Source: an uncultured Candidatus Saccharibacteria bacterium
Lineage (GTDB): Bacteria > Patescibacteriota > Doudnabacteria > UBA920
Length of the DNA stretch: 64,000 nucleotides
Direction: 5' to 3'
Assembly (NCBI GenBank): GCA_964512925.1
Contig: CAZEKH010000003.1
Span: 16,772-80,771 of the forward strand
Below are positions 49,115 to 58,603 of this stretch, piece by piece. The notes under the pieces were generated by a model. It saw only the letters and a program-made list of their open reading frames with translations, did no database searches and was not told the DNA's origin. How positions within the stretch are numbered: position 1 is the stretch's first letter; the number at the start of each line of letters is the position of its first letter. A program made the translations under genes and the position numbers.

Positions 49115-50590
49115 TTATTTAGAGTTTTTTAATTTTGAAACCCCGTACAGCCACGGATGCCGTAGCATATCGCTGCCTAAAAATAACCTTAAAAAAGTTC
49201 TGGTTACCGTTATAGCTGTAAACATTGAAATCAAGATACCGATGGCTAAGGTTATGGAAAATCCTTTAATGCTAGGACTGCCGAAATAATACAATATGGC
49301 GGTTGTTATCAAGCTTGAAACGTTACTGTCACGGATAGACAGCCAAGCTCTTTGGAATCCGTCGTCCAAGGATTTTTCAATATTTTTTCCAGCACGGATT
49401 TCTTCTTTTACCCTTTCAAAAATCAATATATTGGCATCAACAGCCATACCTATTGAAAGAATGAACCCGGCTATGCCAGCCAAAGTTAAAGTTACGGGGG
49501 ACAACGCTCCTACTAGCATTAAAAGTATATAACTGACTAAAGACATCAGTCCAAACCACGGATTTACTGTTAAACCCAAAAGGAAAAATGCTCCGACTAA
49601 TGCAACAGCTGTAAAAGAAATGCCGATTTTAAAGACAGCAATTGAAATAAGAGCATAGATAAGGAGGGCTGCCACGGCTAAAAGTCCAGGCAAACGGTAG
49701 TAACTAACCATAAATATGGCGATTAAAATAAGTCCAATAAGTCCGGCTAAAAGCGATTTTTGAATGGATTCTTTTCCCAAAGTTGCCCCGACATTTTGTT
49801 GGGAAAGAAGGTTAATCGGAACCGGTAACGCTCCGCTGTTTAGTCTCGTTGCCATAAGTTTGGCCTGATCAACAGTGAAATTTCCTGACACGATTGCCAC
49901 CCCATCAGTTATTGCAGTTTGTACGGTAGGGGCGCTAACCATCTGTCCGTCTAAAAAAATTGCTACCTGCTTGCCCACATTTGCCTGAGTTATTTCAGCA
50001 AATAAATTTTTTCCGTCTTCGTTAAATTCCAGCCTGACTACAGGCTCGCCCATTCCAACACCGCTGTTAAAATCCACCGAGGCTTTTTTTAACTGGGTAC
50101 CTGAAAGTCCTGTTACTTGCCAGGCCTCGTTTGCGTCTATGGTTACATTGCCATTTTTGTCTGGAACGGCTTGCTGTAATGCCTGGCTTTCGGTTTTAAA
50201 TTCTAAACGCGGTGTTTGCCCGATTTGCTCAATTGCTTCGTCAATATTTTTAATTCCGGGAAGCTCTATTACTATCCTGTCTTGACCAGAAACCGCCACC
50301 TGCGGTTCGGCCACTCCAAAGCTATTAACCCGCCTTTCAATCACGTCACGAATGGCATTTAGAGCATCTGCCCGATCTTCCGGTTTAATGTCTTTAAAAT
50401 CAGCCTGATAAACCAAATGCGATCCGCCTTGCAAGTCTAAGCCAAGTTTAATGCTGAATTCTTTAACATAATTGATTTTCAGCTTTTTTAAGCTGATTTT
50501 TGAACCTTTTGGGTAAACTATCCAAGCCGCGGACATAGCCAATACCAGGATGGCTAGAAAAGAAAGCAGGAGTTTATTTTTTGATGTCAT
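49115..50590 (-). CDS. secD: Protein translocase subunit SecD
   Basis: LGLDLQGG, GMAVDANILIFERVKEE. Confidence 0.96.
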   Translation of the reverse strand: MTSKNKLLLSFLAILVLAMSAAWIVYPKGSKISLKKLKINYVKEFSIKLGLDLQGGSHLVYQADFKDIKPEDRADALNAIRDVIERRVNSFGVAEPQVAVSGQDRIVIELPGIKNIDEAIEQIGQTPRLEFKTESQALQQAVPDKNGNVTIDANEAWQVTGLSGTQLKKASVDFNSGVGMGEPVVRLEFNEDGKNLFAEITQANVGKQVAIFLDGQMVSAPTVQTAITDGVAIVSGNFTVDQAKLMATRLNSGALPVPINLLSQQNVGATLGKESIQKSLLAGLIGLILIAIFMVSYYRLPGLLAVAALLIYALISIAVFKIGISFTAVALVGAFFLLGLTVNPWFGLMSLVSYILLMLVGALSPVTLTLAGIAGFILSIGMAVDANILIFERVKEEIRAGKNIEKSLDDGFQRAWLSIRDSNVSSLITTAILYYFGSPSIKGFSITLAIGILISMFTAITVTRTFLRLFLGSDMLRHPWLYGVSKLKNSK

Positions 50591-50682
50591 GAGTTTATTG
50601 AAAGATTACTTAAATTTTGGTTAAATAAAAAAATTGAGAAGGTCAAAATCCTAACAATTATACTTCAAGTATAAAATATTGT

Positions 50683-53229
50683 CTAATCCCGCATATTCAT
50701 ACCAAACCAACTCTGAAGGTTTTTCGATTCTGCCGTTTTCCAGACAGAGTTTGAGCGGATTTTTTCTAAAACTTGGCTTAAAGTTCTTTGTGCGGCTTTG
50801 ATAGGATGTTTTTTAAAAAACTTTTCAATCTCCTCAGCCTTGTCCTCGGCAGCGAAACTTGAGCTGGCTGACAGCATTCTGGCAACCAAACCTAAACCAG
50901 CGTCATAGCGTCGGGTAAAAAAACCGTAGTTTTTGACAAAAAAATTCCAGGCTAAATCCCGTCCAAACGGTTTTTGAAAAATCCATGCCACAATAAAAAT
51001 GCTATCTTGCGGCTTTACATCTTTGGATATTGCGAAACGCAAAGTTTGCTTAACAAGCTTGGGGTCGGCGAAATTTGCCAGGGCCCTTGCAATCCTTTCT
51101 TTTTCTTCAGCCATTGGCTCCGATATGTACAAAGAGATAAATTTTTTATATAATTTTACATTTCCATATCTGGTGGCAATATTATAAACTGCTGACCTCA
51201 CATCAATAGAAATTTTGTGTTTTTGATCCACGAGCTTTTTCGCGATTTTTATAGTTTCACTGTGGCCTGCATTGCCTAGCATTTGCAAAACCAATCCCCT
51301 GAGCATTTTTTGGCTTTCAGGTTCCTTGGTTTTTTCTTTAAAGCCTAATTTTTTTGCTATAGGTAAATATAAATCAACAATAAACTTATTTAGCTCCGTT
51401 ATAAATTTTTCGCCATAAAAAATAGACCCTAGTTTAGAAAGACTTCCGGAAATTTCTTCCCAAACCGCCAGCTCAGTTTCTTGCCTGTATGCCTGAACAA
51501 AATTTAAAAACTGAACTGTTGGCAGCTGTCCGCTTTCAGCAAAGGCAAAAGCATCTCGGATCAGACCCAAGCGGTCTTCAGGGGGAATTTTTTTTGTTTT
51601 AACCAATGGTATAAACAAGCTTAACATCTGAGCTGGATAATCCGTTCTAAAAAGGGAGGTTTCCCCTGGGTTAAACTTTTTAATACCTTTGGATTTTGGA
51701 ATAAAAATTTCTTTGGTACTAAACAAATATTTTTTGCCGTTAAAATTTACCGGAATGCTCCAAGCCTGTTTTGACTTCAGATTTTTTCTACTAAGCCTGC
51801 TGGAAAAAAATCTCGCCTGAACTAGTTTTAAGCCTTTTGGTTTTTCTACTACTTGAACATACGGATAACCCGGCAGTTTGGTCCAAGAATCCATTATTTT
51901 TCGGATCGGTTTTTTGGATACTTTTTCTAAAGACTCCCACAAATCTTCGGTAATTGTATTTTTATAAGAATGTTTTTTCAAATAATGCCTTAGCCCATCC
52001 CTGAAATTTTTTGCCCCTACATATTCTGCTATCATCCTAATAACAACAGAGCCTTTGGCATAAGATATGGAATCAAAAATTTCACTTATCTCGTGCGGAT
52101 GATTGACTGGGACTTCTATCGGATGTGTGGTATTTAAAGCGTCTAAATTTAAAGCCAAAGCAAAACGGCCGGAAACATACTGAGTCCAGATTTTCCACTC
52201 AGGAAACATATGATTAACGCACAAATACTCCATATATGAAGCAAAACCTTCGTTCAGCCAAAGATGCGTCCACCATTTCATAGTAACTAGGTTTCCAAAC
52301 CACTGGTGAGCCAACTCGTGAGCCACAACAATAGCCACCCATTGTTTAGTGTCCGCGGAAGAGTTTTCTTTATCAACCAACAAAGCGGTTTCCCTGTATG
52401 TGACAGCGCCCCAGTTTTCCATAGCCGCAGAAGCAAAGTCTGGCAGAGCAATCAGGTCTAAGACCGGCAACGGATAGTGAATGTCAAAATAGTTTTCATA
52501 AAATTCCAGAGCTTTAATGGCGCAGTGTAAGGCAAATTTACCCTGGTCCTTTTTCCCAGGGGTGGTAAAAATCCTAACTACTATCCCCCTCTTGGTCTGG
52601 GCTTGTATAAACTCAAAATTTCCAACTATAAAGGCTGCCAAATATGTTGACATCTTTGGGGTTTGAGCGAACTTTATAAGCTTATATCCGGCTCCGTGTT
52701 CAGGCACTTCTGAAATTTGTTCTTCAATGGTATTGGAAATTGCCACGCTGCCCGGCGGAGTGATAATGGAAATATCAAAAACCGCTTTAGCCTCAGGTTC
52801 GTCAAAGCATGGGAAAGCCCTTCTAGCGTCCGTTGCTTCAAACTGGGTGGTTGCTAAAAATTTTTCTTTGCCGTTGTGCTTATAACTGCTTCTGTAAAAC
52901 CCCCTCATCTGGTCATTGAGTATTCCTTTAAATTTTAAACTTAACTCAGCCTTGCCTTTAGGCAGTTTCTTTTTAAAAATAAAGGTTATTGTTTCTGATT
53001 TTATATTGGGTATTTGTTTAGAAATTCGAAATTCGAAATTCGAAATTTTAATTTTTACGTTAGAAATATCCAATTCTTTTGCATGAAGAGTAATCTGTGT
53101 AGTAGATTTTTTTAGTTCTAAGAAAATGGTTTCTTCGCCTTCAAAAACAAACTTTTCCAAATCCGGCTTAACCAAAATTTGGTATCTTTCAGGCACTATA
53201 TATTTTGGCAATAAAACTTTATTTTTCAT
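50683..53229 (-). CDS. pepN: M1 family aminopeptidase with ERAP1-like C-terminal domain
   Basis: TQFEATDARRAFPCFDEP, AAMENWG, HELAHQWFG...WLNEGFA. Confidence 0.93.
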   Translation of the reverse strand: MKNKVLLPKYIVPERYQILVKPDLEKFVFEGEETIFLELKKSTTQITLHAKELDISNVKIKISNFEFRISKQIPNIKSETITFIFKKKLPKGKAELSLKFKGILNDQMRGFYRSSYKHNGKEKFLATTQFEATDARRAFPCFDEPEAKAVFDISIITPPGSVAISNTIEEQISEVPEHGAGYKLIKFAQTPKMSTYLAAFIVGNFEFIQAQTKRGIVVRIFTTPGKKDQGKFALHCAIKALEFYENYFDIHYPLPVLDLIALPDFASAAMENWGAVTYRETALLVDKENSSADTKQWVAIVVAHELAHQWFGNLVTMKWWTHLWLNEGFASYMEYLCVNHMFPEWKIWTQYVSGRFALALNLDALNTTHPIEVPVNHPHEISEIFDSISYAKGSVVIRMIAEYVGAKNFRDGLRHYLKKHSYKNTITEDLWESLEKVSKKPIRKIMDSWTKLPGYPYVQVVEKPKGLKLVQARFFSSRLSRKNLKSKQAWSIPVNFNGKKYLFSTKEIFIPKSKGIKKFNPGETSLFRTDYPAQMLSLFIPLVKTKKIPPEDRLGLIRDAFAFAESGQLPTVQFLNFVQAYRQETELAVWEEISGSLSKLGSIFYGEKFITELNKFIVDLYLPIAKKLGFKEKTKEPESQKMLRGLVLQMLGNAGHSETIKIAKKLVDQKHKISIDVRSAVYNIATRYGNVKLYKKFISLYISEPMAEEKERIARALANFADPKLVKQTLRFAISKDVKPQDSIFIVAWIFQKPFGRDLAWNFFVKNYGFFTRRYDAGLGLVARMLSASSSFAAEDKAEEIEKFFKKHPIKAAQRTLSQVLEKIRSNSVWKTAESKNLQSWFGMNMRD
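53021..53047. repeat. Heptamer tandem (GAAATTC)x3.9 inside pepN
   Basis: GAAATTC GAAATTC GAAATTC GAAATT, encoding NFEFRIS. Confidence 0.75.
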
Positions 53230-54209
53230 GAAACTGCTCTTTTAAGTTTATCAAGTATCGTACTGCCAAACCCTCCAGCTGGGGGTTTTGGCGCTATTAT
53301 TATATCAAGCTTTTTTGTGTCTAAGTAACGCAAGCCTTTGTATAAATTTTTTGCCAGCTGTTTTGTATTGTTAAAGTCTCCCCAATTAAAGACTTCCGCT
53401 GATTTTGGATATAAAGTCTGCCAATTTTTTGGTAACATAATGCCAATTTTCTTTTTTTTATTCTTGTTTATTTTTTTCTGCAAATCCTTGGGTGTGCCCT
53501 CGCAGGTTACAAGCTTGGTTTTGGGAGAATAATGTTTTTTGAAAGCTCCGGGCGAAGCTTTTTTTGAAGCATTTTTCGTAAGCAATACTTTTCCTAAAAG
53601 TTTTTCTAGCTGTTCTTGTGTTACGCCACCCTGCCTAAGAATAGTTGGCGTTTTGGTTGTTAAATCCAAAACAGTGGATTCAACACCCACAGCTGAGTCG
53701 CCGCCATCCAGTATCAGCTCAATTCTGCCGTTTAAATCCTCTAAAACGTGATTGGCTGAGGTTGGACTGGGTCTGGAAAAAAGGTTGGCACTAGGGGCGG
53801 CAATAGGAGTTTTTGAGGCTTTTATCAGATCTAAGGCAATCTTGTTGCTTGGCATTCGTATAACCACAGTATCAAGTCCGGCAGTTACCACTTTCGGAAT
53901 TTTTGCAGATTTATATAATCTCAATGACAAAGGTCCTGGCCAAAATTTTTCAATAAGTTTATAAGCAACATTGGGAACATTTTTTGTTAGCATTTCCAAA
54001 TCTTTTTTGTCGGCAATATGCACTAAAATAGGATCCCAAAACGGCCTCTTTTTTACCAGAAATATTTTCTTTACCGCTCTTGGGTTTAAAGCGTCTGCGC
54101 CTAAACCATAAACTGTTTCAGTGGGAAATGCTACAAGACCGCCGGCTTGTATGATGCCGGCGGCTTTGTGAATAGACTCTTTTGAAGCTTTTAGAACTTT
54201 AGTTTGCAT
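53226..54209 (-). CDS. sua5: L-threonylcarbamoyladenylate synthase (Sua5 type)
   Basis: VAFPTETVYGLG, AAPSAN, SPG..KHYSP, SUA5 C-terminal domain. Confidence 0.93.
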   Translation of the reverse strand: MQTKVLKASKESIHKAAGIIQAGGLVAFPTETVYGLGADALNPRAVKKIFLVKKRPFWDPILVHIADKKDLEMLTKNVPNVAYKLIEKFWPGPLSLRLYKSAKIPKVVTAGLDTVVIRMPSNKIALDLIKASKTPIAAPSANLFSRPSPTSANHVLEDLNGRIELILDGGDSAVGVESTVLDLTTKTPTILRQGGVTQEQLEKLLGKVLLTKNASKKASPGAFKKHYSPKTKLVTCEGTPKDLQKKINKNKKKKIGIMLPKNWQTLYPKSAEVFNWGDFNNTKQLAKNLYKGLRYLDTKKLDIIIAPKPPAGGFGSTILDKLKRAVS

Positions 54210-54489
54210 TCTCTTGTATGGTTTCAGCTTTTTCCGTTTCCTCTGGCTTTTTTGCTGCTTCCAGCTTTTTTATCTCTTCATTGATCTTTTCTCCAAACTC
54301 TTTGGAGGCATCTTCGTCAACTAAAGCCTTAGCCAAGTCTTCGGCCTTAAGGTTCATCAGCCTGCCTAAAGCCAAAAACTGCCCAGCCAAAGAATATAGC
54401 CTTCTTTCCAAAAGCTGTTGGTTCATCATTATGTCATACATCATTTTCTCGGTTTTAGTCGGCTCTTTTTTCAAAAAATCTTTTCCCAT
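54199..54489 (-). CDS. Hypothetical protein
   Basis: 96 aa helical ORF overlapping the sua5 start. Confidence 0.65.
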   Translation of the reverse strand: MGKDFLKKEPTKTEKMMYDIMMNQQLLERRLYSLAGQFLALGRLMNLKAEDLAKALVDEDASKEFGEKINEEIKKLEAAKKPEETEKAETIQENAN

Positions 54490-54552
54490 ATTTTTCCTTT
54501 TTCAATACTTGCATACTTGTAGGTATTTCGGTATTGCGTAAATAATTTTTAG

Positions 54553-54789
54553 TTATGCTATATATTTAAATCTCGGACCTATATAACCGTTTTTATCCAT
54601 CTCTTCTAAAAACATTGGAAGCGGACGGACCCAAAGTTTTCCCTCGTGATCATAAACTACAAACTCTTCTGTCGGATTTTCCGTGTGCCTGGCAACACCC
54701 AAAACTTTTACGCTGTGACCTTTAAAGTGCATATAACTCCCAAGCTTTAGGTTTTGCGCTTTTTCAGATAGCGGATCATTGTTATTCAT
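54553..54789 (-). CDS. DUF1653 domain protein
   Basis: GSYMHFKG, VARHTE, VVY, LWVRPLPMF. Confidence 0.85.
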   Translation of the reverse strand: MNNNDPLSEKAQNLKLGSYMHFKGHSVKVLGVARHTENPTEEFVVYDHEGKLWVRPLPMFLEEMDKNGYIGPRFKYIA

Positions 54790-55201
54790 AATACTTCTCC
54801 CCGGTTTTTATGGATTCTAAAGCTAATATTACTGGAAAAAAGAGTTCGCCTGGAAGATTGTTTAAGTCATACCAGCCCAAGCCTTCCTTTTTGTCCGGCT
54901 CAGCATTTTTCAACTCGCCTGAAATAATATCACCTGTAAAAACAGTATCCAAATAACATTGCTGATCATAAAGTTTAAAAGCGGAGTATAAAAATTTGAG
55001 GTTTCCGGCTTCAATTCCTAACTCTTCCCTTGCTTCCCTGATAGCTGCTTGTTTAGGAGTTTCACCTATCTCAATATGTCCTCCGCAAGAACCCCAAGTA
55101 TTTTTGCCCAGCTCGCTCTTTCTTTTTGCCAGCAAAATTTTATTGTCTTTGATGAAAATTATACCGGTTGATAATTTTGGCAATTGCAGATTGTTTTGCA
55201 T
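54782..55201 (-). CDS. NUDIX hydrolase
   Basis: GGHIEIGETPKQAAIREAREELG. Confidence 0.92.
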   Translation of the reverse strand: MQNNLQLPKLSTGIIFIKDNKILLAKRKSELGKNTWGSCGGHIEIGETPKQAAIREAREELGIEAGNLKFLYSAFKLYDQQCYLDTVFTGDIISGELKNAEPDKKEGLGWYDLNNLPGELFFPVILALESIKTGEKYYE

Positions 55202-55227
55202 AAGATGATTCTAAACTGAAATAAAAC

Positions 55228-55893
55228 CTAGTCTTTTATTAAATCTTTACTATATCCCACAGCGACCAATTTTTCATAAGCTTCCGATACATCGGTCGGA
55301 ATAGTTTGACCTATTTGAAAACCTTTTTCAGGATATAATTTGATTCGCTGCAGATCCCCAACCATTGCATTTATGGTGGTTTCAATCGTTATTTGGCCGT
55401 TACAATAATCTTCAAAAGGAATTTGCGGGGAAGTTACAATACATTCTATTTGTGGCCAAATTTTTTTAAAAGTAGCATAAGTCCGTCTCTCCATATACGG
55501 CTTTTGCACTACAATCACTTTTTTTAAATTTATCCCATTCTTTTCCAACAGCTCTTTTGTGAATAAAATATTTTCTCCGGTGTTTGTTGATTTATTTTCA
55601 ACAATAATCTTGTTTTCTGGCACGCCCATTTTAATTGCGATATCAGCAAACATTTCCGCTTCCGATTTTGGCCAAATTCCCAAAGTTAATCTGCCAAAAC
55701 CGCCAGAAAAAACTAAAAGTGGGGCAAAACCTGCTAAAAACAACTCCGCACCCCGCTCAGCCACCCTGGTATCATTGCTTCCCAACACAATTATGCAATC
55801 AGCAGGTAAAAGCTTGTGATTTAAATGATGATAATCCCAAACTTTCTTTGCCCATCTTTTTATTTCAATCAAATGAGCTAAATTATTTTCCAT
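55228..55893 (-). CDS. YdcF/DUF218 family protein
   Basis: IIVLGS, FSGG, SEAEMF, ENKSTNTGEN, KPYMERR. Confidence 0.85.
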   Translation of the reverse strand: MENNLAHLIEIKRWAKKVWDYHHLNHKLLPADCIIVLGSNDTRVAERGAELFLAGFAPLLVFSGGFGRLTLGIWPKSEAEMFADIAIKMGVPENKIIVENKSTNTGENILFTKELLEKNGINLKKVIVVQKPYMERRTYATFKKIWPQIECIVTSPQIPFEDYCNGQITIETTINAMVGDLQRIKLYPEKGFQIGQTIPTDVSEAYEKLVAVGYSKDLIKD

Positions 55894-58585
55894 GGCACTT
55901 CTTATATTTTTTCCCGCTGCCACACGGGCAGGGATCATTTCGGCCAGGGCTTTCTGATTTACTGATTATCTGTTTGCCTGATTTACTCACCTGCTCATTG
56001 GTTACCATTTTTATAGGTTGCGGCTCTTCTGCTCTGGGCTGGACATTGATTTTAAATATAGTATAAACCATTTGCTTGTTGATTTCAGCAATCATCCTTT
56101 GGAACATTGAAAAGCCTTCTTTTTTGTATTCCACCAAAGGATCGCGCTGTCCGTAGCCGCGAAGACGCACGGAATCGCGCAAATGATCCATGGTATCCAG
56201 ATGCTCCATCCAAAGTTCGTCTAAAGACTGGAGCGCGACAAAACGCATAGCTCCGTCAAAGACCGACGCGCCCATTTCTTTTTCCTTTTTCTCAAAAGCT
56301 TCCACAGCAGATTTATAAATGGCGTCAGCCGAGGCAAACTCGGAATCAGCTGCGTTTTCCATAGCTTGCTCAATATTTTTCCTCAAGTTTTCAGGAATCG
56401 GAAAAATGGCAGCTGCCTGCTTAGCCAAATCCGAAGCGTTTGGATTTTCTGAAGAAAGAAAATACATTTTAACCAAAGCATCAATTTCTTCTCTAAGAAT
56501 GCTTAAAAATTCCTGCTTTAGAGCATTTTCATCGCCGGCTTTAAGTTCAACTCCGGGCAAATATTTGCGTCTGCGTTTGTAGATGACATTGCGTTGGTGG
56601 TTTAAAACATCGTCAAATTCCAGCACGTGCTTTCTGGTGTCAAAATTCAGACCCTCAATTTTTTTCTGCGCCTGCTCAATGCTTTTTGACACCATACCCG
56701 CTTCTATGGGCTGGTCTTCGGGCATATTGAAAACATCCATCATTTTTTTCATCCGGTCGCCGCCAAAAAGCCTCATCAAATCGTCTTCCATCGAAACAAA
56801 AAACTGGGTAGAACCCGGGTCGCCCTGCCTGCCGCTTCGGCCGCGTAGCTGGTTGTCTATGCGCCTGGACTCGTGCCGTTCACTGCCTATGACATGAAGA
56901 CCTCCGGCCTTGCGCACTATTTCAGCTTCGTCTGGGTCAACAGGATTTCCGCCTAAAAGTATATCCACGCCGCGTCCGGCAATGTTGGTAGCCAAAGTAA
57001 CCGCTCCCGGTCGCCCAGCTTGGGCAATTATCTGAGCTTCTCGTTCGTGATTTTTAGCGTTTAGAGTTTCAAAAGGCACTCCGGTTTTTTTTAAAAACTC
57101 AGCCAAAATCTCGTTTTTAGCAATGCTTACAGTACCAAGCAAAACTGGCTGCCGGTTTTGATACCTCTGTTTTACTTCCTGTGCTATGGCTTGAAACTTG
57201 GCTTTTTCGGTTTTGTAAACCAGATCCGACCCATCTTTTCTAACAAGAGGTTTGTTGGTTGGTATGACCTCGACTTGCAACTTGTAAATTTTGAAAAATT
57301 CTTCTTCTTCGGTTAAAGCAGTGCCTGTCATACCGGATAAATAAGCATATAATCGAAACAAATTTTGAAAAGTGATGGTTGCCAGAGTTTTGCTTTCAGC
57401 CTGAATTTTTACTCCTTCTTTGGCTTCTATGGCCTGGTGAAGTCCCTGGCTGTACCTCCTGCCAAACATCATCCTTCCCGTAAATTCGTCGACAATAACA
57501 ATCTCCCCTTCTTTGGCAACGTAGTCGCGGTCTTTTTTATATAGAGTTTTTGCTCTCAGAGCCTGTTCAATATGGTGAATAGTAGCCACTCCTTTGGAGG
57601 TATCATAAATATTTGGGACTTTTAAAAGTTCTTCGATTTTACCTATTCCATCATCTGTTAAATTTACGCTTTTATGCTTTTCATCGATAACAAAATGCTT
57701 TGTTTCTTCCAAGTGTTCTACCAATTTGGCAAAATCATAATATTTTTGTGTAGGCTCTGCGTCTGGAGCGGAAATTATAAGAGGAGTTCTGGCTTCATCT
57801 ATCAAAATTGAGTCCACTTCATCCACGATGGCAAAAAACAAATCGCGTTGGGACATTTGAGAAAAATGCTGCGCCATATTGTCGCGTAGGTAATCAAAAC
57901 CAAACTCATTGTTGGTGCCGTAAGTAATATCGGCAGAATAAGCCTCTTTTCGGCTGATCGGCCTCATATGCTTAACATCCATAACTAGCCCCTGGGTTTG
58001 CTTTTCTAACTCGGCAATTTCCGCGTCTTCAGGCTGGTAAGCCGGATCATAGAAAAAAGACGCTTCGTGCTGGATAGAAGAGGTTGTCAGTCCCAGATAG
58101 TGAAAAATTTTTCCCATTTGGCTCGCCTGCCATCTTGCCAAATAATCATTTACGGTGACTAAATGAGCGCCTTTGCCCGCCAATGCGTATAGAACTAAAG
58201 GTAAAGTTGCCGTAAGGGTTTTACCTTCCCCTGTTTTCATTTCAGCAATTCTATTTTCAGCCAAGGCAAAACCTCCTGCAAGCTGGACTTCATAATGAAA
58301 CTGACCTATGGTTCGGCTTGCCGCTTCTCTGGTTAAAGCAAAAACCCTCGGGGCTTTTTTAAAAAGAGTTTTTGAAAATTCCTGTTTTTTTTCAAACTCG
58401 TCACCCTGCAAACTTTCGAAGAATTCAGAAAAATACTTTCTAATTTCAGAAATCTCATTTTTTATCTGATCTTCGGTAAATGATTTAATTTCCGCCGAAT
58501 ATGAATTTGTTTCTTGTATTAAATCTTTATATTTTTCTAATGGCGATCTTTTTTTGAACAAATTGGCAAAAATATTCATATGCAA
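55883..58585 (-). CDS. secA: Protein translocase subunit SecA
   Basis: AEMKTGEGKT, IVDEVDSILIDEARTP, SEC-C GRNDPCPCGSGKKYKKCHG. Confidence 0.97.
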   Translation of the reverse strand: MHMNIFANLFKKRSPLEKYKDLIQETNSYSAEIKSFTEDQIKNEISEIRKYFSEFFESLQGDEFEKKQEFSKTLFKKAPRVFALTREAASRTIGQFHYEVQLAGGFALAENRIAEMKTGEGKTLTATLPLVLYALAGKGAHLVTVNDYLARWQASQMGKIFHYLGLTTSSIQHEASFFYDPAYQPEDAEIAELEKQTQGLVMDVKHMRPISRKEAYSADITYGTNNEFGFDYLRDNMAQHFSQMSQRDLFFAIVDEVDSILIDEARTPLIISAPDAEPTQKYYDFAKLVEHLEETKHFVIDEKHKSVNLTDDGIGKIEELLKVPNIYDTSKGVATIHHIEQALRAKTLYKKDRDYVAKEGEIVIVDEFTGRMMFGRRYSQGLHQAIEAKEGVKIQAESKTLATITFQNLFRLYAYLSGMTGTALTEEEEFFKIYKLQVEVIPTNKPLVRKDGSDLVYKTEKAKFQAIAQEVKQRYQNRQPVLLGTVSIAKNEILAEFLKKTGVPFETLNAKNHEREAQIIAQAGRPGAVTLATNIAGRGVDILLGGNPVDPDEAEIVRKAGGLHVIGSERHESRRIDNQLRGRSGRQGDPGSTQFFVSMEDDLMRLFGGDRMKKMMDVFNMPEDQPIEAGMVSKSIEQAQKKIEGLNFDTRKHVLEFDDVLNHQRNVIYKRRRKYLPGVELKAGDENALKQEFLSILREEIDALVKMYFLSSENPNASDLAKQAAAIFPIPENLRKNIEQAMENAADSEFASADAIYKSAVEAFEKKEKEMGASVFDGAMRFVALQSLDELWMEHLDTMDHLRDSVRLRGYGQRDPLVEYKKEGFSMFQRMIAEINKQMVYTIFKINVQPRAEEPQPIKMVTNEQVSKSGKQIISKSESPGRNDPCPCGSGKKYKKCHGK

Positions 58586-58603
58586 AATATATCAATAAAA
58601 TAG

